DNA of 64,000 bases from an uncultured Bacteroidia bacterium (GCA_963546395.1 CAUUMS010000003.1:82833-146832); one strand, 5' to 3'. Shown: positions 10,377 to 21,173, numbered from the stretch's first letter. A program made the numbers and translations. The notes: generated by a model not told the origin, from the sequence alone.

Positions 10377-11215
10377 ATACATTCGCCAAGCGTGCGGTGA
10401 GCGGGATTCTGTTCGTGTCTCTCACGGCGGCGTGCATACTGTTTAGCGGTTACACCTACGGGGCACTATTTCTGCTGCTGAGCCTGTTTTCGCTCAACGA
10501 GTTCTACCGCTTGGCAGAGAAGTTGCTGGAGGCCCGAATTGATCGGGTACCCGGACTTGCGGTAGGAGGTTTGCTGTTCCTTCACAGCTTTGCTCAGCGG
10601 TTCTTTCCCGAGACGGGGGATCTGCATTCCCTGATTCTGGTATTGCTCCTGGTGGGTATTGCTTGGACACCGGTGCGCGGAGTGCTGCGAGCTGATCATG
10701 GCTCATTCCTCAGCTGGGCCGGGCAGCTGCTGGGCATTGTGTACGTGGCACTGCCTTTTGCCCTCACTACACACCTGGTTACGCCGGCTCCCCCTAGCTC
10801 AGGGCAGTACAGCGGAATGGTGTTGCTGCTGGTGATGGCGTTCGTGTGGATAAATGACACTGGGGCGTACCTCTCGGGCTGGGCCTTCGGCCGGCACAAG
10901 ATGATAGAGCGCATTTCTCCCAAGAAGACCTGGGAGGGGTTTGTAGGGGGCCTCGTGCTGTCCGCAGCGTTGGGTTGGGCAGCTGGGCATTTCCTGTGGG
11001 ATGACAACGGCCTGCGCTGGCCATTGGTGGCCCTGCTTACAGCCTTCTCCTCGGTGCTGGGCGACCTCATTGAATCGCTGCTGAAACGCAGTGTGGGGGT
11101 GAAGGATTCGGGGCGTTTTCTACCTGGGCACGGGGGGTTCCTGGATCGGTTCGATGCCATGCTGCTGGCTGTGCCCGTGGCAGTGGTTGCAACGAGGGTG
11201 CTCGTAGTCTCGTAG
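10340..11215 (+). CDS. cdsA: Phosphatidate cytidylyltransferase
   Basis: C-terminal CdsA signature SLLKRSVGVKDSGRFLPGHGGFLDRFDA and multiple TM helices. The real start may be the TTG at 10373. Confidence 0.85.
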   Translation: MCATTIGGLSALNTFAKRAVSGILFVSLTAACILFSGYTYGALFLLLSLFSLNEFYRLAEKLLEARIDRVPGLAVGGLLFLHSFAQRFFPETGDLHSLILVLLLVGIAWTPVRGVLRADHGSFLSWAGQLLGIVYVALPFALTTHLVTPAPPSSGQYSGMVLLLVMAFVWINDTGAYLSGWAFGRHKMIERISPKKTWEGFVGGLVLSAALGWAAGHFLWDDNGLRWPLVALLTAFSSVLGDLIESLLKRSVGVKDSGRFLPGHGGFLDRFDAMLLAVPVAVVATRVLVVS

Positions 11216-11426
11216 TGGCACTACGCATGTGTGTGAAAAGGCCTGAGGGATAGCCTTGGGCGAGGGAGACGTGGTGCTTCCGTGCATGGTGAGGTAACTT
11301 GCAAGGGCCAGTTTACGTTATGGTGCTAACGGGCCGACTCTCCGTGTGCGATTTTTTGAAGGGATTCCCTGGTAATTAGGCTAGGTGCAGGGCGGGATGC
11401 GAAGAGGGGTCGGGGAATAAAATCGT

Positions 11427-11434
11427 TACCTTTG
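11427..11434 (+). promoter_or_regulatory. -7 promoter box TAccTTTG
   Basis: Exact TAnnTTTG 29 nt upstream of the ATG at 11463. Confidence 0.5.
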
Positions 11435-11462
11435 CCCGGTGTGATGGATAGGGATTTAAGAG

Positions 11463-12413
11463 ATGTTTTCAAAGAATAGGCTTTGCGCAACACTCGGGAT
11501 AGAGTATCCCGTTTTGCAGGGTGGCATGGTGTGGTGCAGCGGCTGGCGTTTGGCTGCCGCGGTGTCTCAGGCCGGCGGACTTGGAGTATTGGGCTCGGGG
11601 TCGATGACTCCCGAGCTGCTGCGTGAGCATATCGCCAAGCTACGTGAGGCTACGGATAAGCCGTTTGGGGTAAATGTGCCGCTGCTATACTCCTCGGCCG
11701 AGGAGTGCGCGCGCATTTGCATCGAGGAGAAGGTGCCGGTGCTTATCACATCGGCCGGATCGCCCAGCGTGTGGACGGCTAAGGCGCATGACGCAGGGCT
11801 AAAGGTGGGACACGTAGTGGCCAATGTGCGCTTTGCCCAGAAGGCCGAGTCCGCAGGTGTGGATTTCATTGTGGCTGAGGGCGTAGAGGCTGGAGGGCAT
11901 GATGGGGTAGAGGAGCTGACCACGCTAGTTTTAGCCCAGATGGTGCTACCACATGTGGGGATACCCGTGGCACTGGCTGGCGGATTCCGTGATGGCAATG
12001 GGCTTGCAGCGGCATTAGCTCTGGGGGCTGATGGTATCCAGATTGGGAGCCGCTTTGCCTGCACAGTTGAGTCGTCGGCCCATGGGTCATTCAAGCAGCA
12101 TCTGCTCGAGGTGGGGCGAATTGGCACCATGCTCACAGGTCGCGGATGGGGGCCCACACGTATGGTGCGCAACGCTTTTTGCGATGAGCTGCTAAAGCGT
12201 GAGTACTCGGGTGCCTCGCAGCAAGATCAGCTCGCATTCATAGGGACTGGGCGTGCCCGCCGGGGTATGTTTGAGGGCAATCTGGAGGAGGGCGAGCTGG
12301 AGATTGGCCAGATAGCGGCGACATTTACGGATGTCCCCACCGTGCAGCAAGTCTTTGACGATATCAAGGCAACATTTCAGCAGGCACTGGGACGGCTTGG
12401 GAATGCCCGCTGA
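11463..12413 (+). CDS. Nitronate monooxygenase family protein / FabK-like enoyl-ACP reductase II
   Basis: 316 aa with NMO/FabK-like N-terminus (IEYPVLQGGMVWCSGWRLAAAVSQAGGLGVLGSG) and a TIM-barrel FMN-binding pattern. Confidence 0.8.
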   Translation: MFSKNRLCATLGIEYPVLQGGMVWCSGWRLAAAVSQAGGLGVLGSGSMTPELLREHIAKLREATDKPFGVNVPLLYSSAEECARICIEEKVPVLITSAGSPSVWTAKAHDAGLKVGHVVANVRFAQKAESAGVDFIVAEGVEAGGHDGVEELTTLVLAQMVLPHVGIPVALAGGFRDGNGLAAALALGADGIQIGSRFACTVESSAHGSFKQHLLEVGRIGTMLTGRGWGPTRMVRNAFCDELLKREYSGASQQDQLAFIGTGRARRGMFEGNLEEGELEIGQIAATFTDVPTVQQVFDDIKATFQQALGRLGNAR

Positions 12414-12422
12414 CGAGAGAGT

Positions 12423-13655
12423 ATGATACCCTTCGAACGATTCACATTGTCCAATGGGCTCCGTGTTGTGGTGAACACGGATGTGCGAACGCCGCTCGTG
12501 GCGATGTCGCTCATGTACGATGTGGGATCACGGGATGAGGATGTTAGCGCCACGGGGTTTGCGCATCTGTTCGAACACCTGATGTTCGGGGGGAGTGTTA
12601 ATGTCCCGAATTTTGACACCCCCTTGCAGCTGGCTGGGGGCGTAAGCAATGCGTACACATCCAGTGATGTGACGTGTTTCTACTGCGTGCTGCCCGCTGA
12701 GAACGTGGAGACGGCATTCTGGCTTGAGAGCGATCGGATGCTGTCATTGGCATTCACGCCCAAGAGCCTGGAGGTGCAGCGTAAAGTCGTTATCGAGGAA
12801 TTTAAGCAGACGCACCTCAATGCGCCGTACGGTGATGTGTCGCATCTGCTACTGGATTTGGCCTACAAGGTACACCCGTACCGCTGGCCTACGATAGGCC
12901 TGGAGGTGCAGCACATAGAGCAGGCAACGATGGAGCAGGTGCGTGAGTTCTTTTTTGCGCACTACGCCCCGAATAATGCCGTGCTCGCCCTCTCGGGGAA
13001 TATCACTGCGGAGCGTGCTGCCGAATTGGCTGAGAAGTGGTTTGCCCCGGTACCACGGCGGCAAGTGATGTCTAGGCATCTTCCGCAGGAGCCGGCGCAG
13101 GCAGGGTTACGAGTATCGGAGGTGCATCGAGATGTGCCGGCGGATGCCGTCTTCATGGCCTTCCACATGTGCGATCGCCTGGGAGCAGATTACCCGATCT
13201 GCGATATCATCAGCGACGTGCTGTCGAATGGGCGTAGCGCACGTTTCCCCATTCGGCTCGTGGCGCAGAAGCAGCTGTTCTCATCGGCTGAAGCGTCGGT
13301 GCTTGGCTCTGTGGATCCGGGTCTGCTGATGGTGAGCGGAATGCTGAATCCCGGGGTCACCTTTGAGCAGGCTGAGGAAGCCATCTGGACTGAGCTGGCC
13401 GACTTGCGAACGGTCACAGCAGAGGAGGTGCTCAAGGTGCAGAATAAATTCGTGGCGGGGATCACATTTGAGGAGATCTCAGCGCATGCTCGCTCGTTGA
13501 CGCTGGCAGAGTTTGAGCTTCTGGGGGATGCCCACATGGCTAACGCACGAGAGAGCACACAACGTCGGGTCTCGCACCAGGATGTGATACGCTGTGCGGC
13601 TGAGATTCTACGCCCAGAGAATTGTTCCATATTGCGTTACCACGCTAATGCATGA
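12423..13655 (+). CDS. M16 (pitrilysin/insulinase) family zinc peptidase, catalytic subunit
   Basis: Inverted zinc motif HxxEH is present (HLFEHLMFGGS). 410 aa. Confidence 0.85.
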   Translation: MIPFERFTLSNGLRVVVNTDVRTPLVAMSLMYDVGSRDEDVSATGFAHLFEHLMFGGSVNVPNFDTPLQLAGGVSNAYTSSDVTCFYCVLPAENVETAFWLESDRMLSLAFTPKSLEVQRKVVIEEFKQTHLNAPYGDVSHLLLDLAYKVHPYRWPTIGLEVQHIEQATMEQVREFFFAHYAPNNAVLALSGNITAERAAELAEKWFAPVPRRQVMSRHLPQEPAQAGLRVSEVHRDVPADAVFMAFHMCDRLGADYPICDIISDVLSNGRSARFPIRLVAQKQLFSSAEASVLGSVDPGLLMVSGMLNPGVTFEQAEEAIWTELADLRTVTAEEVLKVQNKFVAGITFEEISAHARSLTLAEFELLGDAHMANARESTQRRVSHQDVIRCAAEILRPENCSILRYHANA

Positions 13656-15003
13656 TGCCACAGTGCCTGCGGTAGGATTGGACAGGAAGACGGCCCCACC
13701 TCTCCACTGGGGTGAGCGGGTGGACGTGCCCGCATACATTAGGCAGACCCTGCCCAATGGTGTTGAGCTGTGCTCGGTATTTGGGGCAGGGGATCCGGCC
13801 GTTAGGCTCATGCTCTACTTCCCGGTGGATCCACATAGGAGCTATCCACCATTGTGCAGGATGGCTGCGATGGAGCTCATGCCACGGGGCACAGTGAGAC
13901 GGAGTGAACAGCAGGTTTTTGATGCGATGGATTCCTGGGGCGCGATGCTCCAGTGTGATTCCACGCACGATTACTGCCTTATCTCCCTACAGTGCCTCAG
14001 GGATAGGTTTGCCGAATCACTGGATCTGCTCTACGAGATATTGACCGAGCCGGCTTACGCCGAGGAAGAGCTTCGGAGTTGGCAATTGGATCGTAAGGTC
14101 TCATTGCAGGCCTCACTACAGCAACCTAGCACACTGGCGACTCGGGGTGTATTTCAGAGTCTGTTCCCGGATGGGCACCCGTACGGGTGTTTCGCTGTAC
14201 CTGATGATTGTGACAGGCTGACGGGCGATGTGCTGCGGGAATTCCATGCGCACTACATCGGCTCGGTTAATTGTACCCTGATTTATACTGGTGCCCAGGA
14301 CGATGAGATCTTGGATTGCATCAAGAGCAAATTGGGGACATCGACCTGGGGGCAAGCTCAGCGGAGCCTCACCGATAATGGTATCTGGCCTAGTGGCAGC
14401 GGTGAGCCGCTGGTGAAGACTGTATCTGTGCAGCAGAATCAGGCTGCGGTTCGATTGGGGAGGCTGTTGCCAGCACGAACGCATTTGGATTACGTACCTC
14501 TCGATGCTGCCGTCACGTTGCTCGGAGGCTACTTCGGAAGCCGGCTGATTTCCAATCTGCGGGAGGAGCATGGATTCACGTATGGGGTGTCAGCCTTTAT
14601 CTCTTTCCGGCGGCATGGTATTTTGGTACAGATATACTCTGAGATAGGGAACCAGTACCTCGTGGAGGCTGTATGCCAAATCCAGTACGAGCTCGAACGG
14701 CTTCAGCATGAGGTTCCCTCGGAGGAGGAATTGGATGAGGTGAAGGCCAGCATGCTGGGAGAGGCATTGCGTCGCTATGACGGGGCATTCCGTTCGGCAT
14801 CGGCCCTATTGCCGCAGATTGTGTTCCCCACGTTGCCAGCCACTTACCCTGCTGAGAGACTGCAAGCTTTGTGGAATCTCACTGGAGAGGATTTTAGTGC
14901 AGTTGCCAAGGAGTGGCTTTCGCCATCCGATTTCACGCTGAGCGTGTCGGGGGCGGCTGATGTGATAGATCCCGTGCAATGGCCTACGAGCTGTGCACAG
15001 TAG
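13648..15003 (+). CDS. M16 family peptidase-like protein, non-catalytic partner
   Basis: M16-like length and layout but no HxxEH motif. The start ATG overlaps the upstream stop in ATGCATGA, consistent with translational coupling. Confidence 0.75.
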   Translation: MHDATVPAVGLDRKTAPPLHWGERVDVPAYIRQTLPNGVELCSVFGAGDPAVRLMLYFPVDPHRSYPPLCRMAAMELMPRGTVRRSEQQVFDAMDSWGAMLQCDSTHDYCLISLQCLRDRFAESLDLLYEILTEPAYAEEELRSWQLDRKVSLQASLQQPSTLATRGVFQSLFPDGHPYGCFAVPDDCDRLTGDVLREFHAHYIGSVNCTLIYTGAQDDEILDCIKSKLGTSTWGQAQRSLTDNGIWPSGSGEPLVKTVSVQQNQAAVRLGRLLPARTHLDYVPLDAAVTLLGGYFGSRLISNLREEHGFTYGVSAFISFRRHGILVQIYSEIGNQYLVEAVCQIQYELERLQHEVPSEEELDEVKASMLGEALRRYDGAFRSASALLPQIVFPTLPATYPAERLQALWNLTGEDFSAVAKEWLSPSDFTLSVSGAADVIDPVQWPTSCAQ

Positions 15004-15031
15004 GATGTACGTGTTGAGAGGAGGTAATACC

Positions 15032-16648
15032 ATGCGTATTCAGCGAACGATGCAAAGACTCTATTCCGTGGCCAGCCATTTGCAGCTGGTAATATTGCTG
15101 CTGGGGACTCTCGCCTCGTTTGCGCAGGGCCCAGTGGCCGATACAAAACCTCGTACGCCAACCCTTGTGCGTACCATCGTCAATCCCACCACGGGCGCAG
15201 TGACGATAGAGTGGAAAGCAGCCCCCTCTACACCCAATGCGCCGAATGCCACCGGCTATATCATCTACAAGCGGGTGAAAAATGCAGCGGGCATCGAGCA
15301 AAATGTCGTGGTAGAAGAGGTGGATGCTACCACATTTAGCTACGAGGATCTCAATGCTAAGGCTAATGAGGGGTCTGTGACGTATGCCATTGCGGCCAAA
15401 GGGCCAGATGAGCCAAGTGCGCTCACAGATTATCACCACACGATCTTCGTGAAGCTGGAGTACGAGGAGTGCCGTGACCGGGTCAAGCTTAGCTGGAATC
15501 CCTACGGAGGATGGGGCAACCGCGTGGAGCAGTACGTCATATACGGTGGCTCCAGCGCGGCCTGGGAAGATTTCACCCCTATCAAAGAGCTTAAGGGGAT
15601 CGAGACGGAGTACACGTTCTCGGTGCCGGTTAATAAGCAGCTCTACTATTATATCCACGCAAAGCGGAAAGGGGCTGACGACATCACGCGGTCTAATCTG
15701 GTAATGGTACGCACGCGCGAGCAACGCCTCCCTAGCAAGCTGGTAGTGGATACCATCTTTGGTCTCCCGCAGGCCAATCGTGTGACCTTTACAATTGACT
15801 CCACCTCGCGGTTGGCGTATTATAAAATGGTGCGCACCGATACCGAGAAAGAGCTGCAAGGGAAGCTAAACTCGGTGGAGGTGGCACGGTTCACATCGGC
15901 TAAGCTTACATCGATTTTGGACACCGTGAATGGGAGGGATATCCAGGTTCGCAGGAGATTTTATCACCTCGAGGCAGTTGATGACTGCGGCGAAGTCGTG
16001 GACACGTCCCGCGCTGTGAATAGCATCACCCTCCGCGTGCTCCATAAGAACAAGGAGGTGACCGTCACCTGGGACGAGCTGCATCTTTTGTCAGGGAATA
16101 CAGCCGAGTATCGGATCTACAGGAAGGCACTCGTGGGCAATACCTCGCCCAACGAGGATGGGGATGAGATAGCCACCGTGCACAGCTGGGAGCCCCTTAT
16201 CTACAAGGACGACCTGTCCTCGTACAAGGGAAAGGGATCCTCGGGGCGTTTCTGCTATTACATCAAAGGCTGGGAGCTGAAGGGCCAGGAGCGAATACGC
16301 TTGAGTATCTCCAGTGAGCAATGCACCAAGCTCAGACCGCAGGTGCTTTTGCCCACGGCCATTGCGCCGCTAGAGCGAGGGGTCGTGAATCCGTTCACCA
16401 CGAACACGCGTAACGTCTTCCGGCCTGTGACCTCGTACAAGTCCAAGTTTAAGCTCATCGTTTACAACCGCCAGGGGGCCGTCATCTACACGGGTGATAA
16501 TGTGGGCTGGAATGGCACTCTGGCCGATGGATCGTATGCGCCAGAGGGGGCCTACATCTACCGTATCGAGATCCTCTCGGAGGAGTACAGTCCGCAGGTA
16601 GAGACCGGCTCATTCATGGTAGTCTACCCCGAGAAGCAAAACAAGTGA
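15032..16648 (+). CDS. T9SS type-B sorting-domain (gliding-motility C-terminal domain) surface protein
   Basis: Signal peptide, Ig/FN3-like repeats, and a C-terminal segment FRPVTSYKSKFKLIVYNRQGAVIYTG..GWNGT..DGSYAPEGAYIYRIEI typical of the CHU_C / type-B T9SS domain. Start chosen at Met14 of the track ORF. Confidence 0.75.
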   Translation: MRIQRTMQRLYSVASHLQLVILLLGTLASFAQGPVADTKPRTPTLVRTIVNPTTGAVTIEWKAAPSTPNAPNATGYIIYKRVKNAAGIEQNVVVEEVDATTFSYEDLNAKANEGSVTYAIAAKGPDEPSALTDYHHTIFVKLEYEECRDRVKLSWNPYGGWGNRVEQYVIYGGSSAAWEDFTPIKELKGIETEYTFSVPVNKQLYYYIHAKRKGADDITRSNLVMVRTREQRLPSKLVVDTIFGLPQANRVTFTIDSTSRLAYYKMVRTDTEKELQGKLNSVEVARFTSAKLTSILDTVNGRDIQVRRRFYHLEAVDDCGEVVDTSRAVNSITLRVLHKNKEVTVTWDELHLLSGNTAEYRIYRKALVGNTSPNEDGDEIATVHSWEPLIYKDDLSSYKGKGSSGRFCYYIKGWELKGQERIRLSISSEQCTKLRPQVLLPTAIAPLERGVVNPFTTNTRNVFRPVTSYKSKFKLIVYNRQGAVIYTGDNVGWNGTLADGSYAPEGAYIYRIEILSEEYSPQVETGSFMVVYPEKQNK

Positions 16649-16652
16649 GGCC

Positions 16653-18875
16653 ATGGCTGTGGATGCGGCAGCAGAGGTCGTCATACAGCGTGAGTTTGAT
16701 GACCTGCTAAAGTCGCTCACGCTGAGCGGCGAGCCCAAGGATGTAGATCTGGTTCGCCGTGCCTTTGAGTTGGCCAAAGAGGCGCACGGGCAAGTTGTGC
16801 GCCGTTCGGGCGAGCCGTATATCCTGCACCCCATTGCAGTAGCTAAAATCGTCTCTCGTCTCATCCCGGGCGATACCGAGTCCGTGGTATGCGCCCTGCT
16901 GCACGATGTGGTGGAGGACACTCCGTACACCGTGGAGGATATCAAGGAGCGATTTAGCCCCACGGTGGCCAATATCGTCGATGGCCTCACGAAGATGGAG
17001 GAGCTGGCCCAGGAGGGCGAGACCCTCCAGGTGGTCAACTTCCAAAAGCTGCTGTTGACCATCGAGGACGATGTGCGGACGATCATCATCAAGCTGGCCG
17101 ATCGGCTGCACAACATGCGCACGCTCGATTCCATGCCGCCTGACAAGCAGCGAAAAATAGCCAGCGAGACCACCTATTTCTACGCCCCTATTGCCAATCG
17201 GCTTGGTCTGTACAACATCAAGACCGAGCTTGAGGATCTGAGCTTCCGGTACCGGAATCCGGCCGAGTACGAGGATATACATCGCAAGAGCTGCCGGAGC
17301 CGGGAGCAGCTCAACAATCAGATTAGCAGCTTCGCGCTCCCCATCATGGAGCGTCTCACCCGCAATGGCATTCAGTACAGCGTGGAGGGACGCCCGAAAT
17401 CCATCTTCTCCATTTGGAAGAAGATGCAGCGCAAGCACATCGCCTTTGAGGAGATATACGATCTCCTCGCCATGCGGATCATCTTCACCCCTATACCCGA
17501 TATACCCGAGAAGACGCAGTGCTGGTTCATTTACACGCTCATCACCGAAATTTACCCCGTCCAGATAGAGCGGACGCGTGACTGGGTGACGACCCCGAAG
17601 GTGAATGGCTACGAGGCGTTGCACTGCACATTACTCGGGCGGCATGGTGACTGGGTAGAGGTGCAGATACGGACGGTGCGCATGAATGAGGTCGCCGAGC
17701 GTGGCGTGGCAGCCCACTGGAAGTATAAGGGCGAGGATCCTACGAACGTGGCGCGCATGCGGACGGATATCCGTCAGGCTTATGCAGCACCGCACGGTGG
17801 GGCCACTGACTTCCTATCCAACATTCGGACAAACATACTCACCCCTCAGATCACAGTCTACGATACGGATAAGAAGCCGTACCAGCTAGAGAGGGGAGCC
17901 ACAGTGCTCGATTTTGCCTATGCCGTCTCATCCACCATGGGTGGGCGAGCCATTGGCGCCATGGTCAATGGGCAGCTCACGAACCTTGATCATGCCCTGC
18001 ATGGGGGAGATGCGGTGGAGATTCTGACGGCTCAGTCGCAGCATCCCACGCGCAAGTGGCTCGATTACGTGCGGACGGCCAAGGCGCAGAACTGCATCTC
18101 ACAGAGCTTAGCCGACCAGTATGCGCTCCTCATAGATAACGGGAGCCTGCGTGTCAAGTCTATATTCGATGAGCTCGGCATCACCTATTCAAGACCCCAG
18201 TTGCTGCGTATTATCCCATCGTTTCACGTTGACACGCTGAACGAATTCTACGCCGGTATTGCACAAGGCACCATCAATCCCTACATCCTGAGGCGTAGGC
18301 TGTCGTGGCTGAAGCATGGTCGCTACTTCCGTTACCGGATGCGCATGATCCAGCGTTCTGTCCATCGCCACCCAGCTGCCGAGCCCGTGGTGGATGACAC
18401 GTTGGCTCCGCTGCACGTCTCACCCAGCACCGAGCAAGCTGGCGCAACGGTAGAGTATAGGCAATCCCCGTGCTGTACTGCCCTTCCGGGTGATGAGGTG
18501 GTAGGCTACAAGCGTCCTGACGGGGTAGTGAGCGTCCACAAGGTCTCTTGCCCCGAGGCCGTGAGGCTTATGGCCCAGCAAGCCAGCAGCATCGTTCCTG
18601 TGCATTGGACTACCGATCCACGCCACCGATACATTGCCCACTTCTTCATCTCAGGAGGCGACCGTAAGGGATTGCTGGCCGACACATTTAGCACGCTGGG
18701 CGACTCGCTAGGGCTCAACATCACTCGGGTGAATATGCGGAGTGACGGCACAGCGTTTCGCGGTGTCATCTCCCTAGAGGTTCGCGATCTCAATGAGATC
18801 AACGTGGCCCTTCAGCGCACCAATGCCCTGCGAGGCATTCGCCGCGTCTACCGGCTCGACAACGAGCAAGTTTAG
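16653..18875 (+). CDS. Bifunctional RelA/SpoT homologue ((p)ppGpp synthetase/hydrolase)
   Basis: HD hydrolase motif (HPIAVA...LLHDVVEDT), RelA_SpoT synthetase region, then TGS and ACT-like C-terminal domains. 740 aa. Confidence 0.9.
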   Translation: MAVDAAAEVVIQREFDDLLKSLTLSGEPKDVDLVRRAFELAKEAHGQVVRRSGEPYILHPIAVAKIVSRLIPGDTESVVCALLHDVVEDTPYTVEDIKERFSPTVANIVDGLTKMEELAQEGETLQVVNFQKLLLTIEDDVRTIIIKLADRLHNMRTLDSMPPDKQRKIASETTYFYAPIANRLGLYNIKTELEDLSFRYRNPAEYEDIHRKSCRSREQLNNQISSFALPIMERLTRNGIQYSVEGRPKSIFSIWKKMQRKHIAFEEIYDLLAMRIIFTPIPDIPEKTQCWFIYTLITEIYPVQIERTRDWVTTPKVNGYEALHCTLLGRHGDWVEVQIRTVRMNEVAERGVAAHWKYKGEDPTNVARMRTDIRQAYAAPHGGATDFLSNIRTNILTPQITVYDTDKKPYQLERGATVLDFAYAVSSTMGGRAIGAMVNGQLTNLDHALHGGDAVEILTAQSQHPTRKWLDYVRTAKAQNCISQSLADQYALLIDNGSLRVKSIFDELGITYSRPQLLRIIPSFHVDTLNEFYAGIAQGTINPYILRRRLSWLKHGRYFRYRMRMIQRSVHRHPAAEPVVDDTLAPLHVSPSTEQAGATVEYRQSPCCTALPGDEVVGYKRPDGVVSVHKVSCPEAVRLMAQQASSIVPVHWTTDPRHRYIAHFFISGGDRKGLLADTFSTLGDSLGLNITRVNMRSDGTAFRGVISLEVRDLNEINVALQRTNALRGIRRVYRLDNEQV

Positions 18876-19069
18876 CCTTACCGTCTGAGTTCCATCTCTG
18901 GCGCAGGCCCGTATCGTTGGGCTCAGCAAGAGCTGTCCTCGTGCCACTCGAGTCGTGTGGCGCAGGGTGGCATGGCTCTCGTCGCACCCATCGGTTTACC
19001 CCTTTGACCTCTTCGTGCGCATCGTCCCGTGGTAGCTGGGGCGTATCGTTGCGGGAGGGGTGTATAAGC

Positions 19070-19110
19070 AGAGGGGTCAAGGGTGTATGATACACACCCT
19101 TGACCCCTCT
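19070..19110. terminator. Bidirectional hairpin terminator between the convergent RSH and dsbD genes
   Basis: Perfect 17-bp inverted repeat agaggggtcaagggtgt/acacccttgacccctct with a 7-nt loop. Confidence 0.7.
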
Positions 19111-19142
19111 ATTACGTTGCTCGCCTAGTGCGGCGAGGTGAA

Positions 19143-21173
19143 TTACTGCTGGATTTCCACCATGGGCTCCATGGCAGGAGCCGCAGGCTCAGCACTCTTA
19201 GCCAATCCGCTCTCTAGGAACTTGATGAACTCGTTAACGTCCGTGTTGAAAGCGTACGGGCCTGCGAGCACCTCTTCGTTGGGTGATACCACGAAGAAGT
19301 ATGGCTGCCCGCTAACATGGAATTTAGCCGCCTGCAAATCGAGGTTCTGCTTGCCGATGGTCTTCTTGGTCTTCCCATCGATGACCGACACGTACCACTC
19401 CGATTCGGGCAGCTCGTGCTTATCATCCACGTACAGGGCCGTTACGATGAACTTATCCATCAGCAGCTGCGCCACGTTGGGCTTGCTGAGCACCTGGGCC
19501 GCCATCACCTTGCAGTTGGAGCACCCATGCCCAGTGAATTCCACGAACAGCGGCTTGCCCTTCTCCTTAGCGCAGGCCAGAGCCTGCTTGTAGTCGCGAT
19601 ACCCGTCCAGGTTCGCCGGCATGTGAATGAAGTCGGCGTATTTGGGAGCCTCGCAGAGGGCCGCAGCCGGTTGTCCCATGGCCCCGCCGTGTGCGGGGGC
19701 CTGTGGGGCGTTGATGGTGAAATCGTCAGGCGATGGGGCCGGCATGAAGCCCGACAGTGAGGTCAGTGGTGCCCCAAACAGCCCCGTGCTCAGGTACATG
19801 GCGAACGCCAGCACCGCCGTGGCCAGGATCATGCGCAGGAATCCTACATGCTGCGTGGGCGAATCCATCTTGAACCGGATCAACCCTAGCAGGTAGAGCA
19901 CGAGCATGATGGAGAAGGCCACCCAGATGGCAATGTACACAGGCCGTGTCAGCAGGCCGAGCCCGAAGAAGGTATCCACGCCCAGCAAGAACTTCAAGCT
20001 GAATGCCAGGACGATATACCCGAGGACAATCTTCACCGAGTTCATCCACCCGCCCGACTTCGGCAGCTTGTTGAGCCAAGTTGGGAATATGGCGAACAGG
20101 GTGAATGGGAGCGAGAAGCCCAGCGAGAAGGCGAACATCCCCAGCACCGGTTTTGCCGCCGACCCCGTGGCACCCTCAATGAGCAAGCCGCCCACGATGG
20201 GGCCCACGCACGAGAGGCTCACAATCACCGTGGTGAGGGCGAAGAAGAAGGAGCCCAGGAATCCACCCCGGTCAACCTGCGAGTCGGTCTTGCTGGAGAG
20301 GCTGCTAGGCAGACGGATCTCGAACATCCCGAAGAACGCCGCGGCAAAGACGGCGAACAGCAGGAAGAAGATGAGATTCGTAATCCAGTGGGTCGTCACA
20401 TCGGTGATGAAGCCGGCCCCCAGCCCCGCGAGCGACACCAGGAACCCGAGCAGGGTGTAGATGGCCACGATGCTCAGCCCGAACGTCAGCGCGTTGAGCA
20501 GGGCGTTGAGGCGATTCTTCTTGCCCAGGAAGAAGGATACCGTCATGGGGATCATCGGGAACACGCAAGGAGTCAGCAAGCCAGCCAAACCAGCCAGGAA
20601 GCTGATGATCAGGAATACGAACATGGACGACTCCTCCGCCCCCCCCTCCTGGGTGGAGCTTGGTGCCGCCGTGGCCACCGCCTGGCTTGGGGTAGCACCC
20701 TCGGGAACTATCTCCACCGAGAGATCCTGCTCCCCAACATTGCAAGCCCCGTCATGGCACGTCTGGAACTCTGCCGTCACGCGCACGGTGAATGCCGATC
20801 CTCCCTCTGCCACAATGGGTTGCACGAATGTCACATTCCCCTCATACATGGTCAGGTCGAGGTTGAACACCTCATCATGCTCCGTCACCGCATGCCCCTC
20901 TTCACGCATGTCGCCATCCAGGCGATAGGCCGGGTCGGGCGCAAAGGTGAAGGTGGTGGGTGTGGGTCCCCCTTCCGGTAGCACCGTCGAGTACAGGTGC
21001 CACGAAGGGGCAATGGTGGCCGTGATCTGCACCTCGTAGCGATTCCCCTCAAGGTGAACCGCATTCGCGCTCCACGCCACCGTGTTGCTATTCGCACCCA
21101 TTCCCTGCGCCCCAGCCACCAACGGGAGGAACAGCAGGCACAGCGATGCAAGCAACGCACTCAGATTCCGCAT
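19143..21173 (-). CDS. dsbD: Thiol:disulfide interchange protein DsbD-like (N-terminal domain + TM core + thioredoxin)
   Basis: TM core motif LLTPCVFPMIPMT and a C-terminal thioredoxin fold with CxxC (GHGCSNCKVM). Start moved to MRNLSALLASLCLLF (signal peptide). Confidence 0.85.
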   Translation of the reverse strand: MRNLSALLASLCLLFLPLVAGAQGMGANSNTVAWSANAVHLEGNRYEVQITATIAPSWHLYSTVLPEGGPTPTTFTFAPDPAYRLDGDMREEGHAVTEHDEVFNLDLTMYEGNVTFVQPIVAEGGSAFTVRVTAEFQTCHDGACNVGEQDLSVEIVPEGATPSQAVATAAPSSTQEGGAEESSMFVFLIISFLAGLAGLLTPCVFPMIPMTVSFFLGKKNRLNALLNALTFGLSIVAIYTLLGFLVSLAGLGAGFITDVTTHWITNLIFFLLFAVFAAAFFGMFEIRLPSSLSSKTDSQVDRGGFLGSFFFALTTVIVSLSCVGPIVGGLLIEGATGSAAKPVLGMFAFSLGFSLPFTLFAIFPTWLNKLPKSGGWMNSVKIVLGYIVLAFSLKFLLGVDTFFGLGLLTRPVYIAIWVAFSIMLVLYLLGLIRFKMDSPTQHVGFLRMILATAVLAFAMYLSTGLFGAPLTSLSGFMPAPSPDDFTINAPQAPAHGGAMGQPAAALCEAPKYADFIHMPANLDGYRDYKQALACAKEKGKPLFVEFTGHGCSNCKVMAAQVLSKPNVAQLLMDKFIVTALYVDDKHELPESEWYVSVIDGKTKKTIGKQNLDLQAAKFHVSGQPYFFVVSPNEEVLAGPYAFNTDVNEFIKFLESGLAKSAEPAAPAMEPMVEIQQ

